DNA from: the human T2T-CHM13v2.0 reference genome, Homo sapiens
Reading direction: 5' to 3' (one strand)
Assembly (NCBI RefSeq): GCF_009914755.1
Contig: NC_060935.1
DNA: 64,000 nt
The position numbers and the translations under genes are program-made. The notes under the pieces were generated by a model. It worked only from the letters and a program-made list of their open reading frames with translations, was not told the DNA's origin and did no database searches. Positions 29,712 through 46,019 of this stretch are shown here, piece after piece (within the stretch, counting starts at the first letter, position 1; each line of letters starts with the position of its first letter).

Positions 29712-29786
29712 AACAAGCATATCAAACTACCCTCATCTTTTGAGAAATGGGAGATTGCAAGAGGAAATACTCCTGGAGTGCCATTG
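29712..29786 (+). CDS. CCDC15: CCDC15 coding exon (probably exon 11), 75 nt, NKHIKLPSSFEKWEIARGNTPGVPL
   Basis: ttccttTAG acceptor, TTG/GTATGT donor at 29787; matches recalled protein. Confidence 0.88.
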
Positions 29787-30098
29787 GTATGTTTCACACA
29801 ATATTCAAGATCTAGTCTCTTCTAGAGAAGTAGAGCAGAATATAGTGAGTAAGTAACAGAGTGTAAATTGCTTTTTTTTTGGCTGAAGATTGACACGGCA
29901 ATGTAACTGCTTCAGGAATTTAGTGTTAAGGTTAGTAATAACGGGCAAAGAATATAACGTTCTTTTGTTCTGTGATGTATCACACCATTCTGACCTATTG
30001 AAACTACCTCAGTCTTCTTGACTGAAGCTTTTACCATTGCCACAGGAATGATGATCCCGCTTGGATAACTTATGTTCAGTGTTTATGTTGTCTTTTAG

Positions 30099-30221
30099 CA
30101 CAGGAACTATGAGTAGGCCTCACGTGATATGAGAGATGAGAGATGGAGGAAGGAGTTACTTCCATAGCGCCATGGATATATTTTACATGAAATCCAAGAT
30201 CCAGGCTCTGCCAGAGAGCAG
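30099..30221 (+). other. Pseudo-exon copy, splice sites intact, two in-frame TAG
   Basis: tctttTAG, then HRNYE*ASRDMRDERWRKELLP*RHGYILHEIQDPGSAREQ, then CAG/GTAGAG; 123 nt. Confidence 0.8.
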
Positions 30222-30693
30222 GTAGAGCAGGGTGTATTAAAGAGTAAGCAACAGAAAGCAAATTAGAGTTTGAGCTGGGCTTGTCATAGTTTCGTTACCA
30301 AAAAAGATCATGATGATCACGTTATCTGTTTTTAAGATTAGCAATAGTGTTATTAATATTATTATGAATAACAGCTTACATTCATTGAACACTTACCACA
30401 GCCAAAATGGTTTTAGAATTTTATATGAAGTATCTTATTTGATTTTCATAATAACCATAGAAGATAGATACTATTATTATCCTTGGATTATAGATGAAAT
30501 TGAAGATTGCTTCGCAGGTAGAGTTAAGATCCAGAATGGTGACAAGAAGTATAATGTCTGCTTTTATGCCATAATATATCAGACTATTCTGACTCATTTA
30601 GATTACTTCAGGGCTATCACTGAAGCTTACAGTATTATCACTACTGTGATACCCCTGCTCACACAATTTGGTAAGTGTTTTTGTATCTTTTAG

Positions 30694-30816
30694 AACTTAT
30701 ACATTAGGCAGCAGCTATCTGTGTGGTCAGCTGAAAGACGGCCACAGGATTTTCTTCTGGGTGGCCATTAGCACCTTTCACCCATGCACCAGAGAGATAC
30801 TTCCAGCAGACGACAG
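30694..30816 (+). other. Pseudo-exon copy, splice sites intact, one in-frame TAG
   Basis: tatctttTAG, then NLYIRQQLSVWSAERRPQDFLLGGH*HLSPMHQRDTSSRRQ, then CAG/GTAGAG; 123 nt. Confidence 0.8.
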
Positions 30817-31057
30817 GTAGAGCACATCACAGGGTATGAGCAGTGGAATTTGGACAAGATTATAGGTACCTACTAAACTGGGAGTGGTCAGGCTGATCAA
30901 GAAGCACATTCCTGTTTTATTTCATACAGCGCAAAATGTATCCTGATATTATTATCCTAATCCTAAGATTATTTTAGGTCTCCCATTGAAACCTAGGGTA
31001 TTTTGGGGAGCATTTATTGTCCATTTGAAAAACTATATTTTAGATGTATTTTTATAA

Positions 31058-31183
31058 AAGGTATATTTCTGATGGCCATTGTCTTTTACAGTGTGAGAGG
31101 GGAAGAAATGAGCAGTTTCTGAGGGCAGGGGTTATGAGGATCTTCCACCCCATGGCCAGTACTAGATCTCCATCAGTAAGCTG
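31058..31183 (+). other. Degenerate pseudo-exon copy (acceptor TAA, several stops)
   Basis: tttaTAA aag gta tat ttc tga tgg cca ... aag ctg/GTAGAGCA; same donor flank and upstream motif as the other units. Confidence 0.6.
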
Positions 31184-31421
31184 GTAGAGCATAAGGCAGG
31201 CTCACCAAGAAATAAACTAATCAGGTTTGGGCTGGAGCTTGTTAGGTTTCTGTTGCCTAAGGTTTGGGGGCATTGAGTTAAGATCTGTAGTTTTTCAAGA
31301 AAATGTTACAACATCCTGGCCTACTAAGATTTTTCCGTGGCTTAACTGAAGTTTAGTTTATTATCACTGGAATTTTACCCCTCTGTGCATAATTTTTATT
31401 TTCTGATTTTATGTTTTTAAA

Positions 31422-31490
31422 AATGAAGGCTTACGGCAACCAGCAGTGTTAGGCTGTGTGAGAGACTGAAGAGAAATTTTCTCTTGGCCT
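31422..31490 (+). other. Truncated pseudo-exon copy (last unit of the array)
   Basis: Reads NEGLRQPAVLGCVRD*REIFSW with QP at codons 6-7, as in other units; upstream motif cctactaagat...actgaag about 79 nt before it. Confidence 0.45.
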
Positions 31491-31639
31491 CTTTAAGAGG
31501 GCAAAATTCAAAGGAGGCAAAGAAGCAGAAAATAGAGTTTGGGCTGCGGTTTTCAGGACTGAACTGCAACTCTTGGTGATTTTTAGTTTGGGTCTGTAAG
31601 GTTGGCCTAAGGGTATGCTGCTGTGTTTTAGTCTACATT

Positions 31640-32280
31640 GTCATTTATACATCCTGAGCCCTGCCAGGCTCTTTCCTACCTCAGGTCTTTTGCATATGTT
31701 GTTTCCTCTTGTCTGGGTAGTCTTCCCTTTTTTCTTCATAAAGTCGGTCCCTTCTTATCCTTCGGGTTTCAGCTTAAATGTCACCTCCTTGGAAAAGGCT
31801 ATCCTTACCACCTTATCAAAAATAGATCTCCTTTTTTCTGTTTTTCTCTATCCTTGCATTCTGTTTGTTGCCTTTTCAGTACAAAACAATTTGTAGTTAA
31901 TTATTAATTTGCTTGTTTTCTTATTGTCTAGAGATTTCCCACTAGCCCATAAGCTTCTTGAGAGAGGTACCATACCTGTTTTGTTTACCATTGTATGAAC
32001 AGCACTTGGCACAGTGGCTAGTACCTAGTAGTCACTTGGTAGATAGGTTTTGAATGTGTTAGTTGATCAGTCAAACATCTATTGAGCACCTTTTAGGTGT
32101 TAGCCATTGTTTAAGTCCTAAATATCAAAGATACAGTTGTGAGCAAGACACGACACTCAAATTTCAGACAATCTAAAGAAGAGAGACTGATACATAAACA
32201 TAATTATGCAGCAGCATAATTAGTGATAGAGGACGCATGGGGCATTCACAAAGCACACAAGAGGGGTACTTACTCTGGAC
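31640..32280. mobile_element. L2 fragments
   Basis: cagcttaaatgtcacctcc, agcacttggcacagtggctagtacctagtag, tattgagcacc motifs. Confidence 0.55.
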
Positions 32281-32379
32281 TATTCAATTCAGGTTACAGC
32301 TTTGGTGATCTGAATCTCTTCTTGTCCTTCTGCTGTTACTATCCCTGGAAATTTTCAACCCTGGAATAGCCTTTTCTCC

Positions 32380-32673
32380 TTTTTTTTTTTTGAGACAGAG
32401 TCTTACTCTGTCACCTAGGCTGGAGTGCAGTTGCGCAATCTCAGCTCACTGCAACTCTGCCTCCCGGGTTCAAGTGATTCTTGTGCCTCAGCCTCCTGAG
32501 TAGCTGGGACTACAGGCATGTGCTACCAAGCCTGGCTAATTTTTGTATTTTTAGTAGAGATGGGGTTTCGTCATGTTTGCCATGCTGGTCTCAAACTCCT
32601 GACCTCAGGTGACCCTCCCACCTGAGCCTCCCAAAGGTGCTGGGATTACAGGTGTGAGCCACTGTACCTGGCC
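32380..32673 (-). mobile_element. AluS
   Basis: Dimeric Alu with poly-T. Confidence 0.9.
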
Positions 32674-33069
32674 ATCTTTTCACCTTTTACGCTGCCAAAT
32701 AATCCAGCCTTTTTGAACAAAACACTTTAATAGTATAGATTTATATCACATTCATACTTAGGGTTCCCAGGGCTGCCCAGTGCCCTACCCTGACTATTCT
32801 AAATCTTAAACTCTCCTTAAACTTCCTGCTGCACCCCCATATTCTCAACTTTCATACGGAAAATAAAAGCTATCACACAATAACTGCCTTAACCATTTAC
32901 TTTCTTTTTGTTGCTATTATTACTTATTCCTACTATCTCAGAGGAAAAGTTTTCTCTTCAAGCCCCACCAGCTAATTCTCTCCTCTTCAGAGTTAATCAC
33001 TGTCAAGAGTTGTATGCATCCTTTGAGTCCTCTTTGTAAGCATTTATACACATGTAAATATAGACACAT

Positions 33070-33700
33070 TAAAAATTGTGATAAAATATACATACCGTAA
33101 AATTTCCCATTTTAATCCTTTTTAGGTATACAGTTCAGTGGTGTTAAGTACACTCACATTGTTGTGCAACCATCACCACCATCCATCTCCAGAGTTTTTT
33201 CCATCTTGTAAAACTGAGACCATATACCCGTTAAACAGTAATTTCTCAGTCTCTTCTCCCCATGTCCCTGGCAACCACCATTCTACTTTCTGTATTCATG
33301 AATTTGATTACTCTCGGTACCTCATATGAGTGAAATCATACAGTATTTGCCCTTTTGTGCCTGCCTTATTTCACTTAGCATAATGCTATGGCATATTATA
33401 GGAGTTACTTCCTTTTTAAGGCTGAATAGCATTCCACTGAATGTATATACTACATTTTGATTACCCATTTATCCATTGACTGTTCCACAATCAGTTTTCT
33501 CTGTTGTAGACCTTCCTGTACAGTATGAATCCTGTTGTGTAAGGTTCCTTTTGCTCAGCATAATGTTTCTGAGATTCATTCATATTGCTGCATCAATAAT
33601 GTATTCTTTGCGTTGCTGTATAGCATTCCGTTATTTGAATATATCACAGTTTGTTTATTCAATCTCCTATTGATGGACATCTGGGTTGTTTCCTGTTTGT
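33070..33700 (-). mobile_element. L1M 3' fragments
   Basis: gttgtgcaaccatcaccacc...cctggcaaccaccattctactttctg motifs. Confidence 0.7.
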
Positions 33701-33831
33701 AGCTAGTTGATACTGGGAATGGGGTGCTGCTACAACAAATATCGAAAAAATGTGGAAATGGCTAAAAAAATGGGTAATGGATAGAGGTGAAGAATTTTGA
33801 GGCCCATGACAGAGAAAGCCTGTATCATTTT

Positions 33832-34131
33832 TTAAATTATTGTTATATTTTGAAACAGACTGTCACTCAGTTGCCCAGGCTGGATTGCAGTGGTACAATC
33901 ATAGCTCACTGAAGCCTCAAATGAGTGGCTCAAGTGATCCTCCTGCCTCAGCCTCCTAAGTAGCTAGGACTAGAGGTTGTGCTACCCATGCTTGGCTAAT
34001 GTTTATATTTTTGTAGAGACAGGGTCTTGCTGTGATGCCTACTCTGGTCTTGAGCTCCCGGCCTCAAGTGATCCTCCTGCCTCAGCCTCCCAAAGTGTTA
34101 GGATTGCAGGTGTGAGCCACTGCTCCTGGCC
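33832..34131 (-). mobile_element. AluJ-like
   Basis: Diverged dimeric Alu, TSD atcatttt. Confidence 0.85.
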
Positions 34132-34186
34132 ATCATTTTAGAGAATATCTTCGTTGTTATAAGCAAAATATTGGTGGAAATGTCTA

Positions 34187-34572
<386 letters not shown>

Positions 34573-35280
34573 TTAGTGGTAGGAAGCTTAGCCAAATTGT
34601 GTCCTACAGTTGTATGGAAGGCATAACTTCTAAGCAATGAACTTGGAAATTTAGCTGAGATTTGCAAGCAAAGTGCTAAAGGTGCAGTGTGGTTTCTTCT
34701 TGTTGCCCCCCAGAGAGGCTGCCAGGGTCTGTCTGGAATCCCTCTCTCCATGTTGTGGACTAGAAATTATTCAGGCAGTAAGCTGGGACAGTTGTAGTGC
34801 TGACCACATTTGTTTACTGTCTATGAGAAATAATTATCCTGTGCTTCCTTATAGTCAGTGTTTAAAAACCATTGTTGTATAGATTTTTGTTTGTTTTTTG
34901 TTTTCTCAGTCTTCAGGCAGGAAGGTAAATTCCGTTCTATTATTGCATTGTGGCTTCAAGCAGAAGTCTCTTTATTTAAATATTACTTAATTTCATTCTA
35001 ACTGACCTATTACCTTTTTGTCTCTATCTCTTCATATTATCTTATAATAGTTGCTGTGAGGATTACAATATACATACCAAACCTTTCACAGTCTACTTTG
35101 AGTTAATAGTTTACCACATTAAGTAAATGTAGAAGCTTTATAATCAGATAGGTCCTTTTCCCCTTTCTCCTTTATGTTATAATTGTCATAGGTGTTCCAT
35201 CTATCTACACTGAAAACTCCATTTTTTTTTGCCTCCAATAATCATACATGTTTTTATGAAAAACTTGAGAGAGTCTCTAC

Positions 35281-35578
35281 TTTTTTTTTTTTTTTTGGAG
35301 ACAGAGTCTCACTCTGTCGCCTAGGCAGGAGTGCAGTGGTGTGATCTCAGCTCACTGCAACCTCTGCTTCCCCAGGTTCAAGCGATTCTCCTGCCTCAGC
35401 CTCCTGAGTACCTGGGATTACAGGTGCATACCACTATGCCTGGATAATGTTTGTATTTTTAGTAGAGAAGGGGTTTCGCCATGTTAGTTAGGCTGGTCTC
35501 AAACTCCTGACCTCATGATCTGCCCGCCTCAGCCTCTCAAAGTGCTGGGATTACAGGCGTGAACCACTGCGCCCGGCC
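35281..35578 (-). mobile_element. AluS
   Basis: Dimeric Alu, TSD gagagtctctact. Confidence 0.92.
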
Positions 35579-36282
35579 GAGAGTCTCTACTTATTGACTC
35601 TTTTTGTTGCTTGCACATTAGAAACATTTTTCCACTGTCTTCTGGTTTCCAGTCTTCGATAGCAAATTTGTAATTATTTGAGTCATTGTTCTTCTATATG
35701 TAATGTGTCTATTTTTTCTGGCTACTTTCAAAACTCTTGTTATTTTTTGGTTTCCAGCAGTTTAATTATGATGTGTCTGGGCATAATGTTTTTTAGTTTA
35801 TCCCATCTCAGGTATGATGAACATTTTCAATCTGTAAATCTATATCTTTGACCAAATTTGGGAAGTTTTTTGCCATTATGTCTCCAAATTTTTTTATGTA
35901 CTAATTATTTTCTCCTTTCCTTCTGCAACTCCAGTTACACAAATTTTAGACCTTTTGATATTGTCCCACAGATGCATCATTTACATGCTGTTCATTTTTT
36001 TTTTCAGTCTTATTTTTTCTCTTTGTTCTTCACAGTGGATCATTTATATTGATCCAATAGATTCAAGTTCACTGACTTTTTTTTCATTCTTCTATTGAGT
36101 CTATCCAGTGAAATTTTGATTTCACATATTGTGTTTTTCTGTCTCTAAAATTTGGATCTGCATTTTTTTAATAGTTTTTATTTTTGTGGTGAGAACTTTT
36201 GTATTTTCATTCACTTCAATTGGGTTTGCCTTTACCTCATAGATAAAGTATTAATCACTGCTTTAAAAGTTTTGTCTGTTAA

Positions 36283-36754
<472 letters not shown>

Positions 36755-37305
36755 TAAAGAATATTGTATCTTTTATTTGTTTGTTTGTTGTAGCAGGCAG
36801 TCAGCCTGGTTAAATTCCAACTGTAAGTGATCTCTCCTATGCACCATGGCTTCAATGTTACTTTAGTTTTCAAAGCTTTCATTATACTCCTATAGGTCTG
36901 TCCCATACATGCACAATTCAAGGGGGATTCTGAGATATATGCCAGTTCACACACAGAATTAAGGGGTCCACTTTCTAGCTCACTTCTCTCTAGGTTACCC
37001 CCTATGCTCTCCATAGGGGGTAGATCCCAGGAGCTACATTTCTCAGAAGTCTTAGTTACAATCAATGAGAGCAAGAGAGAGAGCCCATAGTGTGCTTCGT
37101 CATTAGTACTGGGAGTCCAGTTTTCTTTATTGAAAACAGAAAGTAATTTCATTTTTATTGTAGAGAAGATAAACACAAATGAAAAAGATAACCACAAATT
37201 TTAGAGATATTTCACATTAACATTTTGCTGTATAGATTTTCAGACTTTTAGAGTCACAAAACAAATAAATAACTTCTAAAATAATAATAGCTTTATTGAT
37301 ATATA

Positions 37306-37945
37306 CAGTTTATTCTTGTCATTCATAGTGGTTGTGTTATATAAAGTTGTTACAAACACTGAATCAGGAAATACTGAATTTTTGCTCCTAGGGGAGATAC
37401 CAGGGGTAGATTCCTGCAAGCCTCTGGTCATACCATTTTTGTCAACTAATCAATACATAACCTTATTTTATATATATTTCTCTTTAAAACACCTTATTTA
37501 ATATATATGATTGATCCGTTAACATGAACTCACAGCCAACAGCACTGTAACTCATGCTGGAATGAAGCTTATCTAACATGCATATTTTTTCCATAAGGTA
37601 CACCACTGCCTTTTTGTGCTTAGTAATAATAGATAGTACTTCAGCTATGCATGGGGACCATTTTAACAGTGAAATCACCAACATAGAACACAAAAATGCA
37701 AAAACTTGGCACCAAATAGACTGCAAAAAGAACACTTGTTTACAGTATGAGAGCTGAAACAAAAAGGCAGAGTATCACCTTGGTCAGCCTCAGTTGGCAA
37801 CATGCATATTGGATGACTCAAATTTTTCACAGCTCTGTGCATGTCTGCAAAGGCCTGCAAAAGCACCATAAGTATTGGGATTACACATAAATTTTAGTGA
37901 ATAGGCAAATTTGCAAATGTGGAATATGCAAATAATGAATGACTA
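37306..37945. mobile_element. MER82-like TcMar-Tigger element inserted at a TA in an L1MB 3' end
   Basis: aacactgaatcagg...gctcctaggggagatacc...gcctctggtca; about 640 bp; L1M sequence resumes on both sides. Confidence 0.7.
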
Positions 37946-39800
37946 TAATTCACATATACAATTGACCTATTAAAGTATACAGTATTTTTAGTATTCACAG
38001 GGTTGTGCAAAAATCACAGGTTGTGTTTGTGGCATTAACCACAATCAATCTGAGAACATTTTCATCACCCCCCAAAAGTCCTGTACCACGCCACTTTTCC
38101 CTTTAGCCCCACCTCCAGTCCTATGCAACCACTAAGCTATTTTCTGTCTTTACAGATTTGCCTATTCTGGGTAGTCTATGTAAAGGAGACCATGAAAGAT
38201 GTGGCCTTTCGTGACTGGCTTCTTTCACTTAGCATGTGTTTTCAAAATCCATTGATGTAGCATATAGCAGTACTTTGTTCCTATTCATTGCTGAAAAATA
38301 TTCCATTTTGTGCATATAGCACATTTTATTTATCAATTCATCTATTGATGGAAGTTTGGCTTATTTCTTCTTGGCTGTTAAGAATAGTACTGCTGTGAAC
38401 ATTTGTGTACAAGTTTTTTTTTTGTGGGCATATTTTTCACTTCTCTTGGTCATATTATACCTCATAGTGGAATTGGTGGAACGTATGATAACTGTGCTTA
38501 ACCTTTTGAGGACCTGCCAAACTGATTTTTCCAAAGTAGCTGCACCATTTTTCATTCCCACCAGCGGTATATGAGCACTCAAATTTCTCCATATCCTCAC
38601 CAACACTTGTTATTATCTGTATTTTTAATTATTGCCATCCAAGTGGGTGTGAAGTAGCATCTCGCTGTACTTTTGATTTGTATTTTCCTGATAGCTAATG
38701 ATGTTGAACACCTTTTCATGTGCTTACTGACCATTTGTATATCTTGTTTGGAGAACTGTTAGATGCTTTGCCCATTTTGTAATTGGGTTATTTGCGTTAT
38801 GATTATTGAGTATGAGAATTCATAATATGTTCCACATACAAGTCCCTTATCAGATACATATGATTTGCAAATGTTTTTCTGTTCTGTGGGTTGCCTTTCA
38901 CTTTCTTGATGGTTTCCTCTGCAGCACAAAAGTTTTTAATTTTGATAAAATCCGATTTGTCTACTTCTTCTTTCATGGTTTGTGCTTTTATTGTCATATC
39001 TAAGAACCCATTACCTAAGCCAAAATCACAAAGATTGACTCCTATGCGTTCCTCTAAGTCTTATAGTATTAGCTCTTATATTTAGGCCTATGATGCATTT
39101 TGAGTAAATTTTTGTGTGTAGTGTTAGGGAGCGGTCCAACTTCATTCTTTTGCATGTGGATAACCTGTGTCCCAGAATCATTTGTTAAAAAGCCGTTTAT
39201 TTTTCAATTGAATTGTCTTGGCACTCTTATTGAAAATCAACTCATTATAAATGTAAGAGTTTATTTCTGAACTCTCACTTTTATTCCATTGATCTATAGC
39301 ATATCTATCCTTGTATTAGTACAATTTGTCTTGATTATTATATCTTTGTAGTAAGTTTTGATGTTAGGAAGAGTGAGTCCCCTAACTTTGTTCTTTTTCA
39401 AGACTGTCTTAGCTATTCTGGGTCCCTTGCATATTCACAAGAATTTTAGGATCATCTTATCAATTTCTGCCAAGAATCAACTGACATTTTGATGGAGGAT
39501 TATTAAATTTGTTGATCGATTTGGGGAATGCTGCCATCTTAACGATATTGGGTCTTCCAGTCCATAAACATGGGATGTCTTTCCATTATATATATCATCT
39601 TTCATTTTTTTAAAACAATGTTTTGTATGTTTCAGAGTATAAAATTCACACTTCCTCTGTTAAATTTCTAAGTGTTTTCTTCTTTTTGAAGATACTGTAA
39701 ATGTAAATTTTTTCTTAATTTACTTTCTAGATTGTTCTTTACAAATATAGAAATACAATTGATTTTTGTATATTGATCATGTATCCTGCAACCTTGTTGA
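37946..39800 (-). mobile_element. L1MB-like fragment
   Basis: L1 3' UTR/ORF2-end remnants (ORFs 38361..38606, 38803..38997). Confidence 0.75.
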
Positions 39801-40402
39801 AAGATAAATAACTCTTAAGAGATGAAATAATTTTAAACTTTTTATTTCTAAAAGTTGGAGATCATTATTTGACCCATGTAATGTCCAAGTAGATATACCA
39901 AGTTATGTTATAAGGCTTTCCCAGTAAACATGGGTGGAAATTAGCCTGTTTCTTCCATGCCATTCCAGTTGATTGATATAATATTTTCTCTGGACTCATG
40001 CCTACTAAGAGGGTTGTATAAATTCAAAGTGATCATATATAGAATTGAAATATTAAGGAATCTGGCTATTTATCCTAGATTCTATTCCAAGCGCACTCAT
40101 GACAGTGATTTCAAGTGACCACTTTAAAAGAATTTTCATTCTGAACATTTTAATTTTTTGTTTATTCATGTTTTTGACCTGAACCCTTTTCTTCGATTTA
40201 TTATTTTATGTTTGGTTACTTCCTTCTGAAACGGCTTCCTTTCATTCTTTCTTGATTTTATTCTTTATATTCATGTTTTTTCCCCTTCTTTATCCAATTG
40301 AGCCCAAGTTTGCAAAAGAAAAGAACAGATAAAAATATCAAAATTGTTCATGGGGTAGTTTTTGGTAATTTTGTCACTTTGTGTGACTGGACCTTCTAAC
40401 AG

Positions 40403-40495
40403 GCTTATGATAGGTATCAATCAGGATTGAGCACTGAATTCCAAGCTCCACTGGCATTTCAGTCTGACGTGGATAAAGAAGAAGATAAGAAAGAG
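40403..40495 (+). CDS. CCDC15: CCDC15 coding exon (probably exon 12), 93 nt, AYDRYQSGLSTEFQAPLAFQSDVDKEEDKKE
   Basis: ctaaCAG acceptor, GAG/GTATGT donor at 40496, 31 open codons. Confidence 0.92.
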
Positions 40496-40827
40496 GTATG
40501 TAATGATACTGCTTTTGGATCCCAATATTTCTACTATGATAGTATTAATATATGAGAAATTGGAAACAATTTGTTGTGTCCTAACACATAAAAGAGCTAA
40601 TACCACAAATTTCATAAATCAAATAAAAGTTGCTTGACTCATTATAATGTGTTGAATTTATTTTCCAAGCTCCTATGAGTTAGGGTACATTGATGTGAAA
40701 TCAATTATTTGATACTAATAAATTTCTCCAGCTAATGTATATTTGCCACTATAACTTATTTAAAGGAAGATAATTACTTTATGGCTTTCTTTTTTTTTTC
40801 TCTTTTCAATCTAAAGTTAGTTTAAAC

Positions 40828-41010
40828 CGATAGTTCTTAACCCTGGCCATGCACCAGAATCAGATGGGGAGCTTTTTTCAAAATACAAATATGCCTAGAT
40901 CTAAACCAGATATACCAAATCAGTATCTGAAAACGGAGGTTTAGGGCATTTTTGTTTTTTAAAAATACCACTGGTGATTCTGATGCATCCTCAGTATTAA
41001 GAGCTACTAT
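40828..41010. mobile_element. MER5-like hAT-Charlie MITE
   Basis: gttcttaaccctggc...agaatcagatggggagcttt...ggtgattctgatgca...agctact. Confidence 0.65.
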
Positions 41011-41644
41011 TTAGAACTTCAATAATTTTTACCAAAAAGCCCTGCACTACTTTGGTATATACATAGACATGCTTTTTGCTCATCGAATAGCTTGTGTATT
41101 TAAAAGAGTATATATAAATCCAGAGGAATGAACAGATCACACACAGTCTAGTAGCACTTGCTTTTATTCTACTTGTTTCATTTATGAGTCTGAGGCTTTA
41201 GTATACCTCAGCCCTTCTACCCTCCTCCGTGCCATGTTAGGCTAGGCTTAGAGTATGCTTTTGTGATACTGTTTTAATTTTGAAAAGTTAAAGTAACTAT
41301 TGGTTCTGTTATGAAATATCTTCTACATTCTTTCTGTGGCTCTGCTTTTATGGTACTTACTACTTGGGAACACAGAGTAAATATTTCAGAGTAACAGAGT
41401 AAATACTTTCTCTGGTTTGCCTATTAACATATAATAGCCATGTGCTTGAAAATATAAAATTCTTGTGTATGTGACATCCTGAGTGACCATAGACAGAAGG
41501 AAATTAAAGACTTAATCATGTAACTTCTATATCATCTGTTTCTGTTTGCTTGCGTTTGTTTTTGTCTATGGTATAAGAATATTTTTCTTCCTTGGAAATT
41601 CCTCTGAAAGCAGAATCTTAGTAATTTTAACTTCTTACCTTTAG

Positions 41645-41748
41645 CGTCAAAAGCAGTACCTGAGACATAGACGACTTTTCATGGATATTGAGAGAGAACA
41701 AGTTAAAGAACAACAAAGGCAAAAAGAACAAAAGAAGAAAATTGAAAA
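41645..41748 (+). CDS. CCDC15: CCDC15 coding exon (probably exon 13), 104 nt, phase 0-2, start of the C-terminal coiled coil, RQKQYLRHRRLFMDIEREQVKEQQRQKEQKKKIE(K)
   Basis: ttaccttTAG acceptor, AA/GTAAGT donor at 41749, charged helical peptide. Confidence 0.92.
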
Positions 41749-41929
41749 GTAAGTTATTCGATCCGCTCTGTGAGCCTTAAATTGCCAATTAAGATGTTTT
41801 TGGAAGATGAACTTTAGAAAAAGGTAATGGTTTTGCCCTCTGATCCATATTGAAAACAGCTATTTTTGATCTGGGTGAAGTATTGGAAGATGGTGAACAG
41901 CTATGGTTTGGTTTTTTGGTTCGATTTTC

Positions 41930-45372
<3,443 letters not shown>

Positions 45373-45471
45373 TATGGGTTTTTACTGTGCCCCTTAGAGC
45401 TCAACCCCAGTTGTCTTGACAAACTTCATTGTGCCTACTAACTTCTAAACAATGCATAAAAAGTTATAATG

Positions 45472-45777
<306 letters not shown>

Positions 45778-46019
45778 TTATAATGAAATCTAATATGAGG
45801 ATTTACTTCATCAGATGTTATTGACATACTATGCATAATGCACTAAACAAAGTGCTAATATGTGTAATAGTTTGAAATTTGTGAAGTGCTATAAAATATA
45901 AAGCAATAACACTTTTATTTTGAAACACTCTGTATAATACTATAACAAAATTGTTATAGGTTACTGTAAAGTGCTAGAAATGTGTTCAAATAGCATAATG
46001 AATAGTCTTTGGGGTCTTT

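Noticed and set aside
40385-40402. U12-type intron suggested by CCTTCTAACAG at the acceptor
   Set aside because: The partner donor is GTATGT, not the U12 GTATCCTT, and the motif abuts the AG; read as a U2 acceptor with a short tract.
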